A stretch of 64,000 nucleotides of DNA, taken from an uncultured Flavobacteriales bacterium (GTDB lineage: Bacteria; Bacteroidota; Bacteroidia; Flavobacteriales; UBA1820). Location of the stretch: the NCBI GenBank assembly GCA_959608625.1, contig CAUHQV010000001.1:39783-103782 (forward strand), read 5' to 3'. Position 1 is the first letter of the stretch. Each line of letters begins with the position of its first letter. Shown piece by piece: positions 26,752 through 34,302 of this stretch. The notes below the pieces were generated by a model. It was not told the origin of the DNA, did not search any database, and saw only the letters and a list, made by a program, of their open reading frames with translations. A program made the position numbers and the translations under genes.

Positions 26752-28019
26752 ACCTGTACGTCGCCGTGAGTATTGAATCCAATGTCGGCCCGGAAATACA
26801 TCCGCTGGCCCCTGAAAGGTTTGAAACGCACCCCGGCACCATAGGTGAACTTGTCTATTTTCAATGCTTTCAGGGGCGTGTCGCCAACATTTGAGGTACT
26901 GGCGAATGCCGATACCCCGAACCTTCCGAAATAATACCGGTATTCCGCCTGGAGCGACATTAGATTTTTGTCGATATAACGCCCCGTACCATATCCCCTT
27001 CCGTATACCCCGTTGGATAGTAAAGCCATATCTTGGAAAGGAACATCCCCTACAGATATCTGGGAGTAAAAATTCATAGCGATCAGCTGGTCTTTGGCCA
27101 CGGGTTGGTAGTATCTTATGTCGATGATGTATTTCGAGTAATCTTCCGTACTTCCCATGAATTTTCCGTTGAAATAACCTTCTATTTGCGTGTAAAACCC
27201 TTTCAACGGGACGAATTGATTGTCCCGGCTGTCGTATAGGTAATGAAGGGAAAGCCCGGAGATTTTAGTTCCCTTACTGCCTGCGATATGGCTTTCTTCG
27301 AGCATGCCCCCTTCTACGGTATTCGATACTCCATAATCGTAGTAATGGCCTCCGATACCGATGTACACGTTCTTAAACCATCTCCAGTAGGTGATCAGGC
27401 GGAACATAGTGGAGCTTTTGTCGTAATCTTCCTTTTGGTCGTCCGTTGTATTGGCTCCTATGGCCCGGAAGGTACTCGGATATCGGCCGAGGGAGAAACG
27501 CCCCCGGATAAGCAGTCGGTCGCTCATCAGGTAAAGGGTCGGGTTTATCGATACCGACATATTCCCTTTGAATGTAAAACTCCCGGAGAGGTCTACATAG
27601 GACTGGCGTTTTATGAAACCGGCCGGGCGCGGACTGTAATCGTTGATATACATACGTGCTGTGAATCCGAGCCCGAGTCCATTGTTGTCGCTATAGGAAA
27701 ATTCAGGGAGGGCAAGAAAAGTGATCCTTCGTCTTTTGGCCGTGTCTATCTGGAAGAAATTGCCCACCGAATTGATAAAATTGGTAAATCCGGATAAAGA
27801 ATCGCCCGGCTCCAAAAAAACAGGGGCCAGTTCCGAACAACCTATGGAGTCTGTCAGACAAGGATCGAATATCGGGCCGGGCCGTTTTATGGAGTCGGTT
27901 TTTTCCCGGACGGTCCGGGAGGGAGGATCGGCTTGCTGGAAGAGCAAGGCTGAGTGAGCCGGGCATAATTGTGCTGCGGCAAAAAAAATAAAGATCAATA
28001 TGGTGTTTTTTAGCAGCAC
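26724..28019 (-). CDS. Omp85/BamA-TamA-family outer-membrane beta-barrel (Bac_surface_Ag) without POTRA domains
   Basis: 431 aa. GTG start, signal peptide. Alternating beta-strand pattern. YDSRDNQFVPLKG, GRGYGTGRY and LMSLQAEYRY motifs. Terminal Phe (IDELF). Confidence 0.8.
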   Translation of the reverse strand: MLLKNTILIFIFFAAAQLCPAHSALLFQQADPPSRTVREKTDSIKRPGPIFDPCLTDSIGCSELAPVFLEPGDSLSGFTNFINSVGNFFQIDTAKRRRITFLALPEFSYSDNNGLGLGFTARMYINDYSPRPAGFIKRQSYVDLSGSFTFKGNMSVSINPTLYLMSDRLLIRGRFSLGRYPSTFRAIGANTTDDQKEDYDKSSTMFRLITYWRWFKNVYIGIGGHYYDYGVSNTVEGGMLEESHIAGSKGTKISGLSLHYLYDSRDNQFVPLKGFYTQIEGYFNGKFMGSTEDYSKYIIDIRYYQPVAKDQLIAMNFYSQISVGDVPFQDMALLSNGVYGRGYGTGRYIDKNLMSLQAEYRYYFGRFGVSAFASTSNVGDTPLKALKIDKFTYGAGVRFKPFRGQRMYFRADIGFNTHGDVQVYLGIDELF

Positions 28020-28145
28020 TCGGTGGGTAAATAGTGTTTTCGATTCAGCGCACTAAATTACTCAAAAGGTGCATCAATAATAGTTATCGTTCGTTTTTCC
28101 AGATTATTTTTTCATTTTCGGCTTGATTTATATTTCTTTTTTGAT

Positions 28146-28153
28146 TATATTTG
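28146..28153 (+). promoter_or_regulatory. Candidate -7 element TATATTTG for the tape-measure-like gene
   Basis: Exact TAnnTTTG in a roughly 32 percent GC spacer, 35 nt before the ATG at 28188. This makes the track GTG start at 28167 less likely. Confidence 0.4.
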
Positions 28154-28187
28154 ATAAGAATGATGTGTGATAATAAAAGGAAATGAA

Positions 28188-29699
28188 ATGGCAAAACAAG
28201 TAAATAAAAGTAAAACGGGTGGTAAACTCTCAAAATCCCAGGAACAGGAGATCGCAAAAGCGGAAGCCAATATCGCGGAATTAAAAAAACAGATCACCGA
28301 CAGTCTTGCCGGAATTAATGTCCTGGCGCGGGGATTGGTGGGATTCAACAGTGCGCTCGACCAGGCTGGCCGGTTGATTATCGATCTGGCTTCGGATGGA
28401 AAGGTACTGGTAAAAAGCCTGACTAATATAGTCGGCGACCTGAAAAAATCCAAAATTGTATCCGCAGGACAGAAAAATGCGGACGGAGGACAGGGGGGCC
28501 CAGCTGCCGCTGGGGATGTAGCCCAGGCAGGCGCTTCGATCGCAGGAGGAGCGGGTGAATCGAAAAAAGGGTTCGATCTAGGGGATATATTTTCCGGAGT
28601 GGGTGCGGGTTTTTCTATTGTGTCCGGCATATTTGGCATATTTCGCCGACGCAAGGAAGAAGAAAAAAAGTATCGGCGGGAAATGGAACAGGCGCTCAAC
28701 GATCAGTTAACAGCGGAGGTGGCGTTGTCGATGGCTACGTCCAAACGGTTGATCGATGAGCAATCCATTACCCGGGAGAAATACAAACAAATCGAAGCCG
28801 GCCTGAACAGATCGTCCGTTAGCCGGCGGGGGGTAATAGCCGATATCGATGAGGATATGGAAGAGATGTACCGGAAATTGAACGGGAATTACAGTTCCAA
28901 ATACAAGCGAGGTGTTGGAAATTATTACAAAGCGTTGCTGGATCTCAAGAATCACAAGGACGATCTCGAATGGCTTCAAACGATAGGGGATAACCCGTTG
29001 ATCACCCGGAGCGATGATTCGTACGACCGATATAAAAGCCTTTACGAGCGTCTGCTGAAGATCGCGGAGCAGGAAAAGGAATGGAAAGACCAGCAGAAAC
29101 AACTGGCCGATGGTGTGATCGACTCGTCCGCGCAGACGTTGGCGGATTCCTGGGTGGATGCATTCAAAAAAGGAGAGGAAGCTACATGGGATTTTGCCAA
29201 GAATTTCGAAGATGTGATGCGCCAGGCTATCATCAACGGATTTTCCGACTCGGTGATCGCGGCACAGATAGACCCGATATTCAATAAGTTCCGGGACAAG
29301 ATCATGGGATACCTTTCCGGCGATCTCGATTTGGAAGAGGTCGTGACCCCGGACCTGGAAAAGGAGATAGAACAAACGGCCGAAAAGATCAAAAAACTGT
29401 CGCCCGAACTGAAAAATATTCTGGAAAAATTGGGCCTTGAAGTGGACAATTCGGGTTCGGAAACGATGTCGGCCGCGATAAAGGGGGTGAGCGAAGAAAC
29501 CGCTTCGCTGGTAGCCGGGCAGATGAACGCGATCCGCACCAACCAGCTGAAATCGTTGGATCTGTTTGCCGAGAGTGTGGCTTCTTTGGGGCTGATAGAG
29601 GCCAATACCCGCTACAACCGCTACCTGGAGAGCATAGATCGCAGGCTTAGCCTGTTGTCGGCTTCCGGCGGGTCGTTACGTGCCGCCGGGCTTTCCTAA
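28188..29699 (+). CDS. Orphan coiled-coil membrane protein resembling a phage tail tape-measure protein
   Basis: 503 aa from MAKQVNKSK. Long heptad-like helices. Gly-rich segment and one TM (FSGVGAGFSIVSGIFGIF followed by RRRKEEEKK). Motif LADSWVDAFKKGEEATWDFAKNFEDVMRQAIINGF. C-terminal AGQMNAIRTNQ. No similarity search was possible. Confidence 0.75.
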   Translation: MAKQVNKSKTGGKLSKSQEQEIAKAEANIAELKKQITDSLAGINVLARGLVGFNSALDQAGRLIIDLASDGKVLVKSLTNIVGDLKKSKIVSAGQKNADGGQGGPAAAGDVAQAGASIAGGAGESKKGFDLGDIFSGVGAGFSIVSGIFGIFRRRKEEEKKYRREMEQALNDQLTAEVALSMATSKRLIDEQSITREKYKQIEAGLNRSSVSRRGVIADIDEDMEEMYRKLNGNYSSKYKRGVGNYYKALLDLKNHKDDLEWLQTIGDNPLITRSDDSYDRYKSLYERLLKIAEQEKEWKDQQKQLADGVIDSSAQTLADSWVDAFKKGEEATWDFAKNFEDVMRQAIINGFSDSVIAAQIDPIFNKFRDKIMGYLSGDLDLEEVVTPDLEKEIEQTAEKIKKLSPELKNILEKLGLEVDNSGSETMSAAIKGVSEETASLVAGQMNAIRTNQLKSLDLFAESVASLGLIEANTRYNRYLESIDRRLSLLSASGGSLRAAGLS

Positions 29700-29753
29700 A
29701 GGGGATAGGAGTCTTTTTTGTTTTTCAGCTTATTGTGTTTGTTGTTTAGGGTG

Positions 29754-29793
29754 GCGCGCCGCACGGGTCTTTTCCGTGCGGCGCGCTTTTTTT
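29754..29793 (+). terminator. Strong rho-independent terminator after the tape-measure-like gene
   Basis: 13-bp GC stem GCGCGCCGCACGG/CCGTGCGGCGCGC, 7-nt loop, T7 run. Confidence 0.85.
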
Positions 29794-29802
29794 GAAAAGA
29801 AA

Positions 29803-30966
29803 TTAATAAGCGCTCGGGTCGTCCTTCATGTTCTGCTTGTCTATCTTATGGCGCCCCATCGAGTACCAGGTGTAAGCGATGTAGCCTATTACGATCGGAA
29901 TAAAGAGCGATACGTAGCTCATCACCGTCAGCGTATAGCGCCCGGACGAACTGTTCTGTATCGTCAGTCCGTTCTGGATGTATTGCCCGGTAGCCGGATA
30001 ATAGACCGTATTGTTCAGCCCGGCAGTAAGCAAAAGGGCGAATACGACTAGTACCACACCCGCGCCCGAATAGTAAAACCCGCGTTTGATGGTCGTATAA
30101 CCCGACAGGATGATGCCCGTCAGGGTAAGGCCTACCCCGAAAAGGAGCAATGCCAGCACCAACGGCATCTGTATCAGGTTGTGGAGGTATTTAAAACTTT
30201 CGGTATAGATCAGTCCCTCGCTGTCGTAGGCATAACCGATGCGCAGCAGGACGTTGAGCAGGAAAAATACGAAGAAAAGCAGGAAGAAAGGAGCCTCATG
30301 CCGAATGGTCTTCGCCGCCCGGGCGATGATCTCCGGGGAATCTATGCTGCCTTTGATAAACATGGCCCCCAGAATGCGGGTCAGAAATACGAGCGCTACG
30401 CCTAAAGAAAGGTTGATGTATGTCGTGTAATTGCTCAGGTCGAAAGCGAGTTCCAAGCCACCGAATCCACCCATCCACTGGGGGGTCAATACGCCGCTGG
30501 TCGGATCGGAATTGAGCACGAACTGGCTTCCGGTGAAAAACGAGGCGACTGCTACGCCCAGAAAGAGGGGGGCCCCGATACCGTTTATGAGCAGGAAATT
30601 CTGGTAAGTCCGTTGACCGAGTAAGTTCCCCGCTTTCGTGCGGAATTCGTACGATACGGCCTGGATGACGAAAAAGAACAAGATGATCATCCATACCCAG
30701 TACGCTCCGCCGAAACTTGTAGCGTAGAACAGGGGAAACGACGCGAAGAACGCCCCGCCGAATACCACGAGGGTCGTGAACGTGAGCTCCCATTTATGTC
30801 CCAGGGCGTTGACGATCATGGTGCGTTCCATGTCGGTCTTTCCGGCCTGGTAGATTAGAGTTTGTCCGCCCTGCACGAACATCAGGGCGACCAAAAGCCC
30901 ACCCAGCAGGGATATCAAGACCCACCAGTACTGCTGGAGGGCGAGTAAGGAATAGGTTTCAAACAT
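29803..30966 (-). CDS. cydB: Cytochrome bd ubiquinol oxidase subunit II
   Basis: 387-aa polytopic ORF starting MFETYSLLALQQYWWVLISLLGGLLV. Directly downstream of cydA. Confidence 0.95.
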   Translation of the reverse strand: MFETYSLLALQQYWWVLISLLGGLLVALMFVQGGQTLIYQAGKTDMERTMIVNALGHKWELTFTTLVVFGGAFFASFPLFYATSFGGAYWVWMIILFFFVIQAVSYEFRTKAGNLLGQRTYQNFLLINGIGAPLFLGVAVASFFTGSQFVLNSDPTSGVLTPQWMGGFGGLELAFDLSNYTTYINLSLGVALVFLTRILGAMFIKGSIDSPEIIARAAKTIRHEAPFFLLFFVFFLLNVLLRIGYAYDSEGLIYTESFKYLHNLIQMPLVLALLLFGVGLTLTGIILSGYTTIKRGFYYSGAGVVLVVFALLLTAGLNNTVYYPATGQYIQNGLTIQNSSSGRYTLTVMSYVSLFIPIVIGYIAYTWYSMGRHKIDKQNMKDDPSAY

Positions 30967-31014
30967 GGCCGTATTTTTTTAGTTCCGGGGAATTCCCGTG
31001 TTGATTCAGTTCGA

Positions 31015-32622
31015 TTATTTGGCGTTTTTCGCAGGTGCGCCGGGCGCATTGTCCGCCGGCGGGGTCATGCCTTTTTTGATTTGGGAGATCATGATCTTCA
31101 CCTCCGCGATCAGCAGCACGGTAAACGTGCAGGCGAATATCCAGAAGGTAGTCTGTACCGAGGAGGCTTTCACATCGGATACGGCACCCATGGTAGGCAT
31201 CAGGCTTTCGATGATCCAGGGCTGGCGGCCTACTTCGGCTACGACCCAACCAGCCATCGAGCAGACGTATACCAGCGGGATGGAAGCGATAGCGGCGTAG
31301 AAGAACCAGCGCTTGCCTTCCAGGCGTTTTTTGTAGGACAGGTACAGGGCTATGGCGAACAGGAGCAGGAACAGGCAGCCCAGTCCGACCATTGCGCGGA
31401 ACGAATAGAAGATCAGCGGGACATTCGGTACCAAGTGCTGGGCGTTGGCCTGCATGATCTCCGGATTCTTATTGTAAAAATACCCGTACCCGAAATAACT
31501 GAAGTAATCTTTCTGCCACTGGGGGTCGGCGAATTTTTCAAGGGCCAGATGGTATTCCAGCGAACCTTTCTCCATATCTTTCAGGTCGGAAAGAGCCTTT
31601 TGAGCCACGGCTCCGCGTTCCATCTTTTCGTAGGCGGACATAATGCCGTGTTCCGGGTTGCCTTCGATCAGGTCGTTCACGCCGGGTACGAAAGTGTGGA
31701 ACTTGTGGTCCGAGAGCAGGGACAGCATGCCGGGAACCTTGATGCCTTTTACGTCGATGCCTTTATAGCCTTTTTCCTTGTCTGTGCTCACGTAGCCGAT
31801 GACCGTCAGCGGGGCTTCCTTCTGCCCGTAGACCAGCCCTTCGGCAGCGGCGAGTTTCATCGGCTGTATCTCGAATATCCGGCGTCCGGAACCGTCTCCC
31901 GTCCAAATACTCAGTACGATGCCGACAAGTCCGAATATCGCGCCGATACGCAGGCTCTTGGCCGCGTATTCCACGTTTTTCTTTTTCAGCAGCAGCCAGG
32001 AACTTACCCCCACTACGAATACCCCGGCCGTTACGTATCCGGAGAGGACGGTATGAAAGAACTTGTTGATGGCCGTGGGCGAGAAAAGGATCGCCCAGAA
32101 GTCGTACATCTCGTTGCGGGCCGTTTCCGGATTGAAGACCATCCCTACGGGATCCTGCATCCAAGCGTTGGCCACCAGGATCCACAAGGCGGACAGATTG
32201 GCCCCCACGGCGACCAGCCAGGCGGAGGTCAGATGGAGGCCTTTCCCCACGCGGTTCCAGCCGAAGAACAGTACGGCGATAAACGTACTTTCCAAAAAGA
32301 AAGCCATAATGCCTTCCACGGCCAGCGGAGCGCCGAAAATATCGCCCACGAACCACGAATAGGCCGACCAGTTGGTGCCGAACTCGAATTCGAGGATCAG
32401 CCCGGTGGCTACTCCTACGGCAAAATTGATTCCGAAAAGTTTCAGCCAGAATTTGGTGATGGTCTTCCATTTTTCTTCGCCCGTGCGGTAGTAGATGGTG
32501 GCCATGATGGCGATGATCCAGGTCAACCCGAGGGTCAGCGGGACGAATATCCAATGATAGAGGGCCGTGAGCGCAAATTGGGCGCGCGACCAGTCGACAA
32601 GGGTGAAATCGATATGTTCCAT
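31015..32622 (-). CDS. cydA: Cytochrome bd ubiquinol oxidase subunit I
   Basis: 535 aa. DWSRAQFALTALYHWIFVPLTLG, AYSWFVGDIFGAPLAVEG, GWVVAEVGRQPW. Confidence 0.95.
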   Translation of the reverse strand: MEHIDFTLVDWSRAQFALTALYHWIFVPLTLGLTWIIAIMATIYYRTGEEKWKTITKFWLKLFGINFAVGVATGLILEFEFGTNWSAYSWFVGDIFGAPLAVEGIMAFFLESTFIAVLFFGWNRVGKGLHLTSAWLVAVGANLSALWILVANAWMQDPVGMVFNPETARNEMYDFWAILFSPTAINKFFHTVLSGYVTAGVFVVGVSSWLLLKKKNVEYAAKSLRIGAIFGLVGIVLSIWTGDGSGRRIFEIQPMKLAAAEGLVYGQKEAPLTVIGYVSTDKEKGYKGIDVKGIKVPGMLSLLSDHKFHTFVPGVNDLIEGNPEHGIMSAYEKMERGAVAQKALSDLKDMEKGSLEYHLALEKFADPQWQKDYFSYFGYGYFYNKNPEIMQANAQHLVPNVPLIFYSFRAMVGLGCLFLLLFAIALYLSYKKRLEGKRWFFYAAIASIPLVYVCSMAGWVVAEVGRQPWIIESLMPTMGAVSDVKASSVQTTFWIFACTFTVLLIAEVKIMISQIKKGMTPPADNAPGAPAKNAK

Positions 32623-32658
32623 AGGACTTAGATGGTAGTAGTTTTTAATTCACAGCCG

Positions 32659-32874
32659 TTATTTTTTGCCCGTAAGGGCCTGTATGACATATTCCGTTTT
32701 TTGCTCCTGTGTGTCGAAATTGGCCGACATGTAGTTTTCGAAGAAAAAGACCTTCAGTACCACGAACATGATGACCAGTTTGACGATGACAATAGCCCAT
32801 AGCAGGCGCCCCAGCCGACCCATCCGGGCGAATCCGTCCCGGTAGAAACAGTAGACATTCCGAATGGCTTGCAT
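32659..32874 (-). CDS. DUF4492-like small membrane protein preceding cydAB
   Basis: 71 aa. FYRDGFARMGRLGRLLWAIVIVKLVIMFVVLKVFFF. This position upstream of cydA is typical in Bacteroidetes as I recall. Confidence 0.75.
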   Translation of the reverse strand: MQAIRNVYCFYRDGFARMGRLGRLLWAIVIVKLVIMFVVLKVFFFENYMSANFDTQEQKTEYVIQALTGKK

Positions 32875-32950
32875 AGTTTGAGGTTGGTTTTATCGGGTGT
32901 ACGATTACAAATGATAAAATTAGTAAAAAATCGGTACGATGTAAATATCC

Positions 32951-33020
32951 CCGCATTTTATTTTCTTTTCCGGAGGCTGACGGGTATAACTCCGGTTTCT
33001 TGTCCCCGGATAAAATGCGG
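32951..33020. repeat. Nested inverted repeat (11-bp outer arms, 6-bp inner arms)
   Basis: CCGCATTTTAT (32951-32961) pairs with ATAAAATGCGG (33010-33020). Inner CCGGAG (32970-32975) pairs with CTCCGG (32990-32995). Confidence 0.6.
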
Positions 33021-33062
33021 TAAAAAGCGCGAGAGGGGAGCCATTCGGCTCCCCTCTCGCGC
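33021..33062 (-). terminator. Rho-independent terminator of the GH43 gene
   Basis: 16-bp stem GCGCGAGAGGGGAGCC/GGCTCCCCTCTCGCGC with a 4-nt loop. T5 run on the minus strand. Confidence 0.8.
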
Positions 33063-33081
33063 TTGCCAAGGCCGGGATGTG

Positions 33082-34119
33082 TCAGGATTTCACTACGGTC
33101 AATGAGTCGCCCGTGTCCTCGAGTTCGAACAAACGCGCATGGGGTGTGTCCCCGCTGTTGGGATAATGGAACACTAGCATCAGCCGCCCGTCGAAAGTGG
33201 TGAAAAGCATCCCGTGACCACCATTGCCGGAGAACAGGGGCGCGGCGTCCTGCGTCCACGGGCCGGCCAGTTTTCCGGATTCCGACCGGGCGGTGGCGAT
33301 GTTGTACCCGTCTTTCCCGAAACTCGACCAGATCATCAGCAGTTCCCCGTCCTTTGTACGGTACAGGTAGCAGCCGTCTGTCACGTAGCAGCCCGGGTAG
33401 GGGAACAATTCCGTCGTTTCGGCGGGTACCCACGGGGCTTCGCTGGCCCGGAACAGGGTCTTAGGCGTTCCTGCCAAAGCCGATAGGTCGGTATTCAATG
33501 GAACGTACTCCATCGTGCCGTCGCCGACCTGCACCCATTCGCGGCAGAATACCATATACGGCACATTGTCTTCTTCCCAAAGCGTGCCGTCGAGCGCCAT
33601 CCAATCCGCCGGGGTGCGGGCCCCGGGGGTCGCCGCCTCGAAAGGCCCTTCGGGACTGTCGGCCACGAATATTTGGGTGCCCCGCATCATCAGGGTGGGC
33701 AGTGTCGTATCTTTTTGCACCCCGAGCGGTTTTTGGTTGTTGTGCAGGGTAGCGAAAAGGTAATATTTTCCCTTGTAGTAGTGTACTTCCGGCGCCCAGA
33801 CCCCTTGGTGGGGATTGGCCCAGGAGTCCTCCGGGATTTCGAATACCAGGTACGGCCCCTCCCAGGTTTTCAGGTCTTTGCTTTTATAGGTTTTAACGCC
33901 GGCCCGCCCGCGGGGGCGTTCCTCTTTTGGGGTAGCTGCGTAGAGATAATAAGTACCGGAAACGGAATCGGCCAGAATGCAAGGGTCGCGTATGGCGAGG
34001 TCTTCCAGCGCATACTGCGATACCGGGAGTGCCGGCAGGGCTTCGGGGGTGGATTTTCCGGTGTTTTTACAGCCAAAGGCCAGTACGATCAGGATGAAGG
34101 GTAATAAGAACTGTTTCAT
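33082..34119 (-). CDS. Glycoside hydrolase family 43 lipoprotein
   Basis: Trimmed to MKQFLLPFILIVLAFGC. DPCILADSVSGTYYLY, WAPEVHYYKGKYYLF and GHGMLF are typical of the GH43 five-bladed propeller. Confidence 0.85.
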   Translation of the reverse strand: MKQFLLPFILIVLAFGCKNTGKSTPEALPALPVSQYALEDLAIRDPCILADSVSGTYYLYAATPKEERPRGRAGVKTYKSKDLKTWEGPYLVFEIPEDSWANPHQGVWAPEVHYYKGKYYLFATLHNNQKPLGVQKDTTLPTLMMRGTQIFVADSPEGPFEAATPGARTPADWMALDGTLWEEDNVPYMVFCREWVQVGDGTMEYVPLNTDLSALAGTPKTLFRASEAPWVPAETTELFPYPGCYVTDGCYLYRTKDGELLMIWSSFGKDGYNIATARSESGKLAGPWTQDAAPLFSGNGGHGMLFTTFDGRLMLVFHYPNSGDTPHARLFELEDTGDSLTVVKS

Positions 34120-34257
34120 AGAGTTCTCTGTAGCTTTTTTTAAGGTTTTTCTTCTGAAAAAAAAGGGGAAAAAACAAATATACGTTTTTCGTCGGGATGC
34201 CCGCACAAGATAAAGATTATTTAAAACGGCGGTTGAAAAAGTATGCGGGCAAAAACG

Positions 34258-34265
34258 TATTTTTG
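34258..34265 (+). promoter_or_regulatory. Candidate -7 element TATTTTTG for the P-type ATPase
   Basis: Exact TAnnTTTG 38 nt upstream of the ATG at 34303. Confidence 0.35.
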
Positions 34266-34302
34266 TAAATTACAATCTTAAGGAAATACACAGATACTGT
34301 AC

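Noticed and set aside
22984-29800. Integrative mobile element inserted at tRNA-Gln.
   Set aside because: There is no integrase, excisionase, transposase or conjugation gene. I could not find a direct repeat of the tRNA 3' end (GGTTCGAATCCTGGTAGGGCT) downstream. The low-GC trend begins upstream in the core genes bamD/rpoZ.
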